From an uncultured bacterium (lineage in GTDB: Bacteria > Planctomycetota > UBA1135 > GCA-002686595), in the NCBI GenBank assembly GCA_943787795.1, contig CALSNU010000007.1, positions 32,001 through 96,000 of the forward strand: 64,000 bases of DNA, read 5' to 3'. Under the pieces are notes generated by a model, which saw only the letters and a list, made by a program, of their open reading frames with translations, made no database searches and was not told the DNA's origin. This document shows, one piece after another, positions 10,564 to 19,357 of the stretch. The translations under genes were made by a program, and so were the position numbers. The number at the start of each line of letters is the position of its first letter. Position 1 is the stretch's first letter.

Positions 10564-10932
10564 CTACAGCTCCTGCGAGATCGAGGTCACACGGACGCCG
10601 TAGCTGTTGTCGATGGTGACGACCTCGCCCCGGGCGACCACCTTGCCGTTCACGAGGACGTCGGCAGGCTCGTGGGCCTCCCTGTCCAGCGGGACGAGGC
10701 TGCCCGGGCTGAGTTGAACGAGCTCTCCGAGCGTCAGGTTCGCCCGGCCGATTCGGACCGTCACGCGGACGGGGACCTCCATGAGGGCATCCATCCCGAT
10801 CGGCTCACCGTTGGCGTCGGTGCCCCCGGCCAGCTCGCCGATCTCGGCGGCCTGGACGGCGACCGATTCGGTCGCCCGATCGATGGCGTCTTCGAGGTTT
10901 GCCTGGTCTTGATTGGTGGTTTCTTCGCTCAT
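10564..10932 (-). CDS. fliN: Flagellar motor switch protein FliN
   Basis: LMEVPVRVTVRIGR...LSPGSLVPLDR...VNGKVVARGEVV...YGVRVT. Confidence 0.95.
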   Translation of the reverse strand: MSEETTNQDQANLEDAIDRATESVAVQAAEIGELAGGTDANGEPIGMDALMEVPVRVTVRIGRANLTLGELVQLSPGSLVPLDREAHEPADVLVNGKVVARGEVVTIDNSYGVRVTSISQEL

Positions 10933-10940
10933 GGGAACAG

Positions 10941-11918
10941 TCAGTCGGTGGGCAGGATGGCCGGCAGGACGGAGCCGACGTGGTCAAGCTTGATGGCGAG
11001 GAGGCCCTCGTGGGCGCCGAAGTGCCCCTCGGCGCAGGTGGTCTCTTCCACCTCGAGAGCGACCAGGTCGCCGATCCGCGCGTCGAGCGGAATGACGTCA
11101 CCGACCTCCACCCCGAGGAGTTCGGCGAGGGGGACGAACGTGCCGCCGAGGACGGCGTCGACCCTCATCTGGACGGGGGCGAGGTGGGTGGGCACGGCGG
11201 CAGAGCGGGACTGCTCCTCCCCGGACTCGTCTCCGGGGATGCCGGGGATGTAGATCCGGATGTCCGAGGTCGCGCCCGCTGCGTCCTCGAATCCCAGATG
11301 GATGAAGAGTCGACGGGTGTCGGCGTCGGGGCCGAGGTCCTCGAGGGTGGTCAGCTCCTCCGGTTCCTGCCAGATCGTCCCAGGCTCGAGGACGAGGCCG
11401 AACTCGTCGAGGATCATGCCCACGACTTGATCGAGCATGCGGGCGATGACGCGGCGTTCGGTCCGGCTGAGGATCGGGTCAGGGGGCGGCGCCTCCTTCT
11501 CTGCGACGTCTTCACCCTCCTCCTGCTCGACCGGCTCCTCTTCCGGGCCAGAGAGGATCAGGTCGGTCGCCTGGCGAGCTGCATCCGCTTGCCACATGAC
11601 CCATCCGAGCTGATCGCCAGAGCGAAAACCGTGGACGAGGAAGGGGCTGCCCAGACCGTCGAACAGGCTCTGGGCGTTGACCTCGCTGACCTCGCCGATC
11701 GTGAGGATCGGGTGCCCGCGGAGCGGGCCGGCGAGCATGTTTGCCATCACCTGGAGACGCGCTGACAACGTCTTGTGGATCCTGTCGATCCGATCCGCTG
11801 ACAGCGTTCGTGGCTCGGTGAAGTCACGGGGAACCACCGCGGAGACACGGGAGGCATCGCCCCCTGCCTCCGCGCTCATGGTCGCCGCCAACGCGGCTGC
11901 TTCTTCTGGTTCCACCAT
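10941..11918 (-). CDS. fliM: Flagellar motor switch protein FliM (divergent)
   Basis: C-terminal SpoA domain (LLGVEVGDVIPLD), DF..P N-terminal motif, LSRTERRV helix; position between fliL and fliN. Confidence 0.85.
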   Translation of the reverse strand: MVEPEEAAALAATMSAEAGGDASRVSAVVPRDFTEPRTLSADRIDRIHKTLSARLQVMANMLAGPLRGHPILTIGEVSEVNAQSLFDGLGSPFLVHGFRSGDQLGWVMWQADAARQATDLILSGPEEEPVEQEEGEDVAEKEAPPPDPILSRTERRVIARMLDQVVGMILDEFGLVLEPGTIWQEPEELTTLEDLGPDADTRRLFIHLGFEDAAGATSDIRIYIPGIPGDESGEEQSRSAAVPTHLAPVQMRVDAVLGGTFVPLAELLGVEVGDVIPLDARIGDLVALEVEETTCAEGHFGAHEGLLAIKLDHVGSVLPAILPTD

Positions 11919-11953
11919 CTTTCTTCCCTACCGGAGGTCGTCCTTCGTCGCGC

Positions 11954-12748
11954 TCACTGGGCGAGGATGTTGCCTGTGAACAGGCGCCGGATCCGTCCCT
12001 TGACACCAATCTGGATGGGGCCGAGGAAGTCCCGTCCCACGCCGGTCACGTCGACGAAGATCACCTTCCCGTTGCGATCCTCGACCATCAGGTTGGTCTC
12101 CGAGCCAATGAACGACTGTACCGGTCCATCGTCGTTGATCTGAAGCGTCCCGCGCGCGCCATCGATGTTGATCACGTTCTTGTAGAAGTCCCCACGGAAC
12201 GTCCCTGACATCTCCTGGTGGTCGCCGGGCATCAGTCCGCTCATGGTGTCCGCCATGAACGACGAGGCGGCGTCGCCGAAGCAGACAGGGAAGAGGATCG
12301 GCTCGGCCACTTGATGGAGCTCCTGGGTCAACTCCGCGCGCTTCTCGTTGAGGTGCTTGAGCCCGTACTTCATGACGACGGCTGCCATGGCCCCGCGCAT
12401 CGCGGTGCTGAACCCTCGCTCTGCGCTGCGCTTGCTGGGGTAGTCCTCGCTATAGGAGAAGACGGTCGAGGTGGGTTCAAAGCGGACATAACGACTGAAG
12501 TTGTCGTCGCGAGTGTTCGCCACGAGGTTGGGCTCGTCGTCCAGAGCGAAGAACTTGAACTCGAACGGACCGACCATGCGAGGTTGTTCCACCTTGGCCG
12601 GGATGGCCATCATCGCGAGGGCCGTGCCCGTGGCGGCGAGGGCGAGGACACCCCCGAGGAGCTTCACCGCATTGCGGTTCTTCTTCGCGGGCTTGGCTTC
12701 CTGGTTCGGGTCCTGCTCGGCAGCTTCGTTGTTCTCTTCTTCAGCCAT
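11954..12748 (-). CDS. fliL: FliL-like protein with extra inserted domain
   Basis: One N-terminal TM, NLVANT..RYVRF, C-terminal IRRLFTGNILAQ; position motB-fliL-fliM. Confidence 0.65.
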   Translation of the reverse strand: MAEEENNEAAEQDPNQEAKPAKKNRNAVKLLGGVLALAATGTALAMMAIPAKVEQPRMVGPFEFKFFALDDEPNLVANTRDDNFSRYVRFEPTSTVFSYSEDYPSKRSAERGFSTAMRGAMAAVVMKYGLKHLNEKRAELTQELHQVAEPILFPVCFGDAASSFMADTMSGLMPGDHQEMSGTFRGDFYKNVINIDGARGTLQINDDGPVQSFIGSETNLMVEDRNGKVIFVDVTGVGRDFLGPIQIGVKGRIRRLFTGNILAQ

Positions 12749-12789
12749 GGTTGTGGGGCCCTCGCAAGTGCTGGGCTCTTAGAGGGTGG

Positions 12790-13506
12790 TCAGCGTCCGT
12801 CCTTGGGACGTGAGATGAGGCGGCCGTCGACGCGCGGCGTCGACTGGAGGGTCTCGGAGGAGTGATCGGCCCACGTACGTACGCGGACCTTCCGGGGGTC
12901 GAAGTCGTGCTCGTTCACGAGATAGGCTTCGACCGCGCGCCCGCGAGCGAGGGCCAGGGAGCTCCCCGTGGAGAGCCTCCGGTCAGGGTCAAAGCCCTCG
13001 AGAACCAGCGTCTGATTCGAGCTCGGGCGAAGGGAGTCGGCGAGCGCGTCGAGGTAGCGCATGGACGCCTCGCCGAGCTCGTCGGCACCCTGGTGGAAGG
13101 TCGCGATGCGGGGCTGACGCACCTCGTCATGGGGGACGAGCTTCTCAGCGCTGCTGGCTCGAATGAGCTCCTTCAGCGAGGCGTCCTCATGAGCCGCGCG
13201 TCGCGCGGGATCGTCCTCGGGGGGGAGGTTGAAGCGTCGACGCATCTGCTCGAAGATCGCCTGTTGCTCGTGGCCATCGAGCACGCCGGTGAGGCCCATG
13301 GACCTCACGGAGACCACGAAGGAGCCGAGGCCTCGTGCCATGAGCCCGAAGTTCCTCGACTTCGACATCGCCACGAGCAGGATGAAAAAGCAGAGGATCA
13401 GCGTCATCATGTCGCCGAAGGACACGAGGTATGCCGGGGCACCCTTCCCCTTGACCTTCCGGATGATGATCTTCGGCTTGAGCCGCTGGTCCGCGTCAGA
13501 GGTCAT
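12790..13506 (-). CDS. motB: Second MotB-like stator subunit, degenerate OmpA domain
   Basis: TM APAYLVSFGDMMTLILCFFILL retains the Asp; LVLEGF...LALARGRAV remnant of OmpA domain. Confidence 0.75.
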   Translation of the reverse strand: MTSDADQRLKPKIIIRKVKGKGAPAYLVSFGDMMTLILCFFILLVAMSKSRNFGLMARGLGSFVVSVRSMGLTGVLDGHEQQAIFEQMRRRFNLPPEDDPARRAAHEDASLKELIRASSAEKLVPHDEVRQPRIATFHQGADELGEASMRYLDALADSLRPSSNQTLVLEGFDPDRRLSTGSSLALARGRAVEAYLVNEHDFDPRKVRVRTWADHSSETLQSTPRVDGRLISRPKDGR

Positions 13507-14282
13507 CGCTGGTTCCTCTCCTTGCGGGCTGAATCGATGTCCGTGCTGATCGAGACGAGGCGGAGCTCGACCCTTCGGTTGATCGTACGCTCGCTTGCGC
13601 TCCTCGCATTCTCAACCCTGGGTGTGGAGTCGGCGTGTGCCTCCAGGGCGATCATCCCCTTTGGGTAGTTCCCCTCGATGGCGAGGATGTCGCTCGCGGC
13701 TCGGGCTCGTTCGAGTGAGAGGTCATCGGCGCTCGGGTACTCCCGAGTCGCGATGAAGCGGTCATCGGTATGGCCCTCGACCACCACTTGAACCGGGTAG
13801 AGGATGGCCATCTCGGCGATCTCGCGGAGGGCCTTCTTCAGCGCTGGGGTGGGGACAGCCCCGCCGGGCGCGAAGCACGACTCGGGGCCGAACTGGATCC
13901 GCAGCCCGTCCTCCGCCTCCCTGATGTTGACTTCCAGCTGGTCCTCCTCGAGGACCTGCCCCATCTCCTCCATGTTCTGGCGGAGGTGCTGGACGGGTCG
14001 CGTATGCCGGATGCGGGACCCGCGGTGGATATCCATGGCGAGCATCAGGTCGTCCTGGGGCGCGATCATCGTGTCGTTCGCGCTGCCCTGGAACAGGCCG
14101 GAGGTCGAGAGGATGTTCTTCGGGTAGGTGAAGGCGTCGTAGGGCCGGATCGTCGAGAACGTGTAGAGCAGGATGAAGAAGGTGACGAGCAGCGAGACCA
14201 TGTCCACGAAGGTGGTGATCCACATCGGCGCGCCATCGAGGCCGTCCTCGACCTCCTTGATCTTGATCTTCCGCTTGGCCAT
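13503..14282 (-). CDS. motB: Flagellar stator MotB/PomB
   Basis: WITTFVDMVSLLVTFFILL; OmpA motifs VEGHTDD, LSLERA, NRRVEL. Confidence 0.92.
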   Translation of the reverse strand: MAKRKIKIKEVEDGLDGAPMWITTFVDMVSLLVTFFILLYTFSTIRPYDAFTYPKNILSTSGLFQGSANDTMIAPQDDLMLAMDIHRGSRIRHTRPVQHLRQNMEEMGQVLEEDQLEVNIREAEDGLRIQFGPESCFAPGGAVPTPALKKALREIAEMAILYPVQVVVEGHTDDRFIATREYPSADDLSLERARAASDILAIEGNYPKGMIALEAHADSTPRVENARSASERTINRRVELRLVSISTDIDSARKERNQR

Positions 14283-14288
14283 CTCGGA

Positions 14289-15062
14289 TCACCTCTTGGC
14301 GTCGACCAGGTCCCGCATCGGAGGTGAGAGGAAGCCCTTGAGCTTCTCCTTGATGAGCTGAGGCTTCTCGCCCGACTGGATGGCAACCGTGCCCTCGATC
14401 ATCAGGGCGCGAAGCTGCTGGTTGGTCTTGGCGACCATCTCGAGCTTGCCGGCCATGGGCAGGAACACCATGTTCGCTCCCATGGCCCCGTAGAGCGTGG
14501 TGAGGAGGGCGGTCGCCATCCCCAGCCCGATCCCGTTGGGGTCCGAGAGGTCCTGCAGCATCTGCACGAGGCCGACCAGGGTGCCGATCATTCCGAAGGC
14601 CGGCGCGAAGGCTCCGAGCTGGTCCATGATCTTCTTCCCGCTGGAGTGGCGGGCGTCTTCCCACTGGGCCTCGAGCTCCATGATGTCCCGCACGGTCTCG
14701 GCGCCGAAGCCGTCAATGACGAGCTGGATGCCCTTGGAGAAGAAGGGGTCGTCGACCTGCTGCAGCTTGGTCTCGAGCGCCAGCAGGCCTTCCTTCCGCG
14801 CGAGGTTGGCGAACTCGACGATGCGGTCGATCTCCTCGGTCGGCGTCGGTGCCTTGCGGACCGCGGTGACCATGATGATCTTCGCCACGGGCTTCAGGTC
14901 CGAGAGCGGGAAGGCCAGCATCGTCACGGCCGTGGTCCCGCCGAAGACGATGATCATCGACGGGATGTGGATGAAGACGCCGACGCCACCCGGTCCAATC
15001 GACATGGCGCCGAGAACGAGGATGAACGCCAGGACGACGCCGATGACTGTGTTGAAGTCCAT
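14289..15062 (-). CDS. motA: Flagellar stator MotA/PomA
   Basis: ARKEGLLALE, APAFGMIGTLVGLVQML, ALLTTLYG, IQSGEKP. Confidence 0.95.
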   Translation of the reverse strand: MDFNTVIGVVLAFILVLGAMSIGPGGVGVFIHIPSMIIVFGGTTAVTMLAFPLSDLKPVAKIIMVTAVRKAPTPTEEIDRIVEFANLARKEGLLALETKLQQVDDPFFSKGIQLVIDGFGAETVRDIMELEAQWEDARHSSGKKIMDQLGAFAPAFGMIGTLVGLVQMLQDLSDPNGIGLGMATALLTTLYGAMGANMVFLPMAGKLEMVAKTNQQLRALMIEGTVAIQSGEKPQLIKEKLKGFLSPPMRDLVDAKR

Positions 15063-15096
15063 TGGGGAGACGGGGGAGCGCTCGTGGCGCCCTCTG

Positions 15097-15124
15097 CTAT
15101 CGACGGGTCAGGGAGATCGCTTGA
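15097..15124 (-). promoter_or_regulatory. sigma28 (FliA) promoter upstream of motA
   Basis: Minus strand reads TCAA-N16-GTCGATAG. Confidence 0.6.
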
Positions 15125-15190
15125 TGGAACCGAGGCGCTGCTTGGAATTTTTTTCGGACCACGGGGGGTCGCGCAGCGCGGTGAGCGAGG

Positions 15191-15961
15191 TCAGCGGGCC
15201 GCGGCGGCCGCATTCGCCGCCAGGGCCTGGTTGAACGCGTCGTAGTACGCCTTGAACTCATCGGGGAGCTGGATCTCGATCTGCTCGAGGAGCTCCGTCT
15301 GGCGTGCGGCGTCGAGCTGAACGAGGACCTCGGCAGCGTCGACCGGGCTCTCCCCCTTCAGGAGCATGCGAACCGCGTCCTCGGCCTTGTTATCCGCGTA
15401 GAGCTTGGCCTTGCTGGCGATGAAGGCCTTTCGGTCGGCCGTCAGCTCGTCCTTCCGGGCGGTGACCTGACCGCTCTTGTTGTCCAGCTCCGCGTCGCGG
15501 GCCTCGTTGTTGCTGCTCTGTGACAGGAGCGCCGAGCGCTGCTGCTCGAGGGCGACCTCGAGGTCTGAGAGGTGACTTCGGGTCCGGTCGATCTCGGCCT
15601 CGCGCTGGTTCAGCTCCAGCTCGCGGGCCTCCAGGGCGTCGAGCTTGGTCGTGAGCTGCTGCTCAAGGTCGTTCAGTTCGGTGACCGAGAAGGGGCTGGG
15701 CAGGGAGAACGCGCTCAGGGCGATCCCGGCGTCGGCGAAGACCTGCCGATTCCCGCGTGAGTCGGCCTCGCGTTCCTCTCGCGGCGTGAGTTCCGCGGGA
15801 GCGCTCTCGGTCTCGACCTCGACGTTCCCAGCGAAGAGAGGCCCGACCCCCTTGAGGTCCTGAACCGGGGTCCCGCTGACGACGATGTAGCCGATGAACG
15901 ACGCGCCCATGATGGCGGCGCCGGTGATGCCGTACGTGATGTAGTTGAGGGCGTTCTTCAT
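15191..15961 (-). CDS. MotE/YlxF/FlbB-like flagellar protein (TM, coiled coil, MgtE-N-like tail)
   Basis: N-terminal TM, long heptad region, AKLYADNKAEDAVRML...AAEVLVQLD; directly after fliJ. Confidence 0.65.
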   Translation of the reverse strand: MKNALNYITYGITGAAIMGASFIGYIVVSGTPVQDLKGVGPLFAGNVEVETESAPAELTPREEREADSRGNRQVFADAGIALSAFSLPSPFSVTELNDLEQQLTTKLDALEARELELNQREAEIDRTRSHLSDLEVALEQQRSALLSQSSNNEARDAELDNKSGQVTARKDELTADRKAFIASKAKLYADNKAEDAVRMLLKGESPVDAAEVLVQLDAARQTELLEQIEIQLPDEFKAYYDAFNQALAANAAAAAR

Positions 15962-16395
15962 TGTGATCTTCCTGACTGGCGTGCGATGTGTTCCTGGCGG
16001 TCGCGGTCTTCTCGGCGGCGCCGGCGCTTACGGCGGCTCGCCGTCCAGCGCTCTTCGAGCCGCCGGAGCGCCTCGGCTTCGCGCCGGCGCTGGTCATAGG
16101 GGGCGCGCGCTTCGTCAGCGCGGAGGCCCGCCTCGGTGACGGCCTGCTCCTGGCGGAGCTTGCGGTCGCTGAGGTGGTCGAGGGTGGTCTCGGCCGCTAC
16201 CCGGCGGCCGGGGTTGACGGACGTGCGGCTGGCGAGGGCCAGATCCCGGTGGGCCTGCTCGAGGTCCGTGCGGCCCGCGTCGCGCTCTGCGCGAGCGTCG
16301 AAGACCGCCTTCAAGGTGGCGGCCCAGCGGAGCTTCTCCTCCTTCTCCTGACGCTCCCGAAGGCGCATCAGCCGTCCAAGTCGGAAGCCACTCAT
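15958..16395 (-). CDS. fliJ: Flagellar export protein FliJ
   Basis: FRLGRLMRLRERQE N-terminus, coiled coil, directly after fliI. Confidence 0.75.
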   Translation of the reverse strand: MSGFRLGRLMRLRERQEKEEKLRWAATLKAVFDARAERDAGRTDLEQAHRDLALASRTSVNPGRRVAAETTLDHLSDRKLRQEQAVTEAGLRADEARAPYDQRRREAEALRRLEERWTASRRKRRRRREDRDRQEHIARQSGRSQ

Positions 16396-17720
16396 GCGGC
16401 GCCGGCCTCGTCGTCCTCGACGATCAGGGAGAGCACGGCGACGGTCTCCTCAAGGGCGGTCGGGTCGTCGACGTCCTGCCTCAAGAAGGCCTCGATCATC
16501 GGCATGCGCTCGAGCGCGGCGTCGAGCAGACGATTGGTTCCAGGTTGATAGGCGCCAACGTCGACCAGGTCGCGGCCGTCGCGGAACGCGGCCAGCAGCT
16601 CACGAATAGCTCGTGCGCGCGCCTGGTGCGGTCTGTCCGCGAGCTTGGGCATGAGCCTCGAGAGGCTGTCGAGCACGTCGATGGCCGGATAGTGTCCCGA
16701 GCGAGCCAGCTCGGGTGAGAGGCTGATGTGTCCGTCCAGCAGCCCGCGCAGGGCGTCGGCGACGGGATCGTCCTCCTCGTCTCCATCCACGAGCACGGTC
16801 AGGAGCCCGGTGATGCTCCCGGACTGGAGCCGGCCCATGCGCTCGAGGAGCTGGGGGACCGTGGCGAAGAAGCTCGGCGGATAGCCGCGCACGGTCGGCG
16901 GCTCCCCCGCCGCGAGGCCGACCTCGCGTGAGGCGTGGGCGAAGCGGGTGATGGAGTCGACGACCAGCAGGACGTTCTTGCCTTGCGCCTGGAAGTGCTC
17001 GGCGATCGTGATCGCGACCCAGGGGGCAGTGAGACGCTCCAGCGGCGACCGGTCCGACGTGGCGGCGACGAGCACGGTCCGAGACATGGCGTCTCCAACG
17101 GTGTCCTCGACAAAGTCGCGGACCTCTCGGCCCCGCTCGCCAACCAGGCAGGCCACGACGACGTCGGCCTCGGTGCCGCGCGTGATCTGGCCCAGGAGCG
17201 TCGACTTGCCGACACCTGCCCGCGCGAAGATCCCGACTCGCTGGCCGCAGCCGAGGGTCATGAGCCCGTCAATGGCGCGGACGCCCGTGGCGATGGGTTG
17301 GTTGACGCTGGCGCGGTCGAGGGGCATGGGCGCGTCCTTGCGGATGGGCCGGCGCTGCCCGTTCTCGGGCGCAGGCTTGCCATCAAGCGGGCGCCCAAAG
17401 CCGTCGACCACGCGGCCGAGGAAGTCGTCAGAGACGTTGAGTCCGAACGAGCGACCGAGCCCCTGGACGGGCTGGCCCGGCGCGAGGCCGATCAGGTCCC
17501 CGTGGGGCATGAGGAGCGTCCGGTCGCCCTTGAAGCCGATGACCTCGGCCTGGATTGGTCCCATGAGGCCGCGGTTGATCTCGCACAGGTCACCGATGGC
17601 CGCGGGGATGCCCGTGGCCTCGACGAGCACGCCGGCGACCACGTCCACCTCGCCACGGTAGAGCGGGCGCTCGGCCGCTCGGATCGTCTGCATGCAGCGG
17701 TCCAGGTTGAGCAAGCTCAT
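16392..17720 (-). CDS. fliI: Flagellar export ATPase FliI
   Basis: GIFARAGVGKST, LVGERGREV, DSITRFA, GEPPTVRGYPPS, LDGHI, YPAIDVLDSLSR. Confidence 0.96.
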   Translation of the reverse strand: MSLLNLDRCMQTIRAAERPLYRGEVDVVAGVLVEATGIPAAIGDLCEINRGLMGPIQAEVIGFKGDRTLLMPHGDLIGLAPGQPVQGLGRSFGLNVSDDFLGRVVDGFGRPLDGKPAPENGQRRPIRKDAPMPLDRASVNQPIATGVRAIDGLMTLGCGQRVGIFARAGVGKSTLLGQITRGTEADVVVACLVGERGREVRDFVEDTVGDAMSRTVLVAATSDRSPLERLTAPWVAITIAEHFQAQGKNVLLVVDSITRFAHASREVGLAAGEPPTVRGYPPSFFATVPQLLERMGRLQSGSITGLLTVLVDGDEEDDPVADALRGLLDGHISLSPELARSGHYPAIDVLDSLSRLMPKLADRPHQARARAIRELLAAFRDGRDLVDVGAYQPGTNRLLDAALERMPMIEAFLRQDVDDPTALEETVAVLSLIVEDDEAGAA

Positions 17721-18304
17721 CGGGCAATGTCCTGCAGCAGCTGCTCACGGATGTCCTCTAGCACGACCTCAGGCTCCCTGACGAGCAGCCCCTTGGGGGT
17801 CTCGAGGACCACCGTGCCGGGCGCGATCTCGGGGTCTGCTGTGATCTCGGTCTCGTCCCGGAACGTCACGCCTTCGAGGGCGGCCACGTCATCGGGGTTC
17901 AGGTGGACGACGCAGCGTCCGCGCTTGATGTCCGACGCGGCGAGGGTCGAACGAACGATCTCCTCGAGGCCGTAGTTCTGCTCCGAGATCTCGATCCTGA
18001 GCAGCTGACGGGCGATCTCGACCGCCAGGTTCACCGCGTCGGATGCGAGGGCGCTCTCGGCGACCTCTCGGGCGGCGACGAGCTCCTCGCCCGCCTTCTC
18101 GAGTGCGCCACAGGCGCGCCGGACGGCATCGGAGTGAGCGCGGTCGCGGGCGGAGACCCGGAGCTCCTCATGGAGGGCCTCGCCGGTTTGCCTCACGAGG
18201 CCGTCGAATGCCAGGGGGCTCGGCGCGGCCGCGACCGGGAGGGCCGCGGTCTGGACCTTCACACGGTGTGAGGCCGGGATGGGGATGGAGTGGAGTCTAA
18301 GCAT
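17717..18304 (-). CDS. fliH: Flagellar assembly protein FliH
   Basis: LAVEIARQLL, VHLNPDD, ADPEIAPGTVVLET; between fliG and fliI. Confidence 0.85.
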   Translation of the reverse strand: MLRLHSIPIPASHRVKVQTAALPVAAAPSPLAFDGLVRQTGEALHEELRVSARDRAHSDAVRRACGALEKAGEELVAAREVAESALASDAVNLAVEIARQLLRIEISEQNYGLEEIVRSTLAASDIKRGRCVVHLNPDDVAALEGVTFRDETEITADPEIAPGTVVLETPKGLLVREPEVVLEDIREQLLQDIAR

Positions 18305-18307
18305 GCC

Positions 18308-19345
18308 TCAGTCCACCAGTTCCTCGCCGGCGCGAGCCGGGCTGAATTCGCCGCTGTCCATGAGGGCTCGCACCGCGGTCATGATCTCCGAGCGCGCCAT
18401 CAGGACGTCACTCATGGGCATGGACCCGAGGAGCTCCTTCTCGTCGATGACCATCTCACGGACCCGCGATGAGAGGTTGTTCATCACGTTGTCCGCCACC
18501 TCGCTCGAGCACGCCTTGAGGGCGATGGAGAGCGTCTTGGTGTCGACGGAAGCGAGGATCTTCTGCATCGCTCGCTTCTCGATGGAGGACAGGTCTTCCC
18601 AGGTGAACATGAACTCTCGCACCTGACTTGCGACGAGGTCATCCTCGGCCTCAAGCCCTGTGAGGACGTTGTGCTCGACCTCGGTGTCGGCGAAGGTGAG
18701 CATGTCGGCGACGGTGCGCAGGCTATCTTCCTGGGCCCGCGGCGCGGGCACGAGGCTGGCCTCTCGGATTCGCTCCTGGAGGTCGTCGGCGATGGTGAGC
18801 ATCGTCTCGATTCCAGGAGGCGTGACCGTGGTCATGCGGCGCACGATCTCGAGGGTCGTGTCGTCGTCGAAGGTGGCGAGGACCTCTGCGGACGTGGAGG
18901 GCGCGACATGGCTCAGGATCAGCCCGACGACGCCGGGGGACTCCTCCTTGAGCACTCGTGCGGCGAGGTTTGAGGGCGCCGCCTCCAGGAATGCGAACGG
19001 CTGCTCTCGGCGTCGCCGGTCGTGGATCTCGGTGAGCACCCGCTCCGCCTCGGAGTCGCCGTAGGACGACTCCAGCAGCGCGTAGAGCTCGAAGTCGTCC
19101 TGGGGCCGGACGCCGGTTCGTTGGTGGAACGTCCGGGCGAGGTCGCGGTAGAGGCCGTCCACCGCGTTGACCGAGCAGAGGTCCGGATCAAGGTCCGTCA
19201 TCGCCTCGGCGATCTTGGAGACGACCTTGGGGTCAAGATTGCGCATGACCTCGGCGCTCACCGTCTTCTCCAGCGAGAGGAGGAAGGCGGCGGCGCGCTG
19301 GGCACCGCTGGTGCCCTCGGGGGTGGGTTCGTTCTGGTTAGACAA
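18308..19345 (-). CDS. fliG: Flagellar motor switch protein FliG
   Basis: SGAQRAAAFLLSL, PFAFL, MFTWEDL, LSIALK, NLSSR. Confidence 0.95.
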   Translation of the reverse strand: MSNQNEPTPEGTSGAQRAAAFLLSLEKTVSAEVMRNLDPKVVSKIAEAMTDLDPDLCSVNAVDGLYRDLARTFHQRTGVRPQDDFELYALLESSYGDSEAERVLTEIHDRRRREQPFAFLEAAPSNLAARVLKEESPGVVGLILSHVAPSTSAEVLATFDDDTTLEIVRRMTTVTPPGIETMLTIADDLQERIREASLVPAPRAQEDSLRTVADMLTFADTEVEHNVLTGLEAEDDLVASQVREFMFTWEDLSSIEKRAMQKILASVDTKTLSIALKACSSEVADNVMNNLSSRVREMVIDEKELLGSMPMSDVLMARSEIMTAVRALMDSGEFSPARAGEELVD

Positions 19346-19357
19346 GGCAGATCCTGA

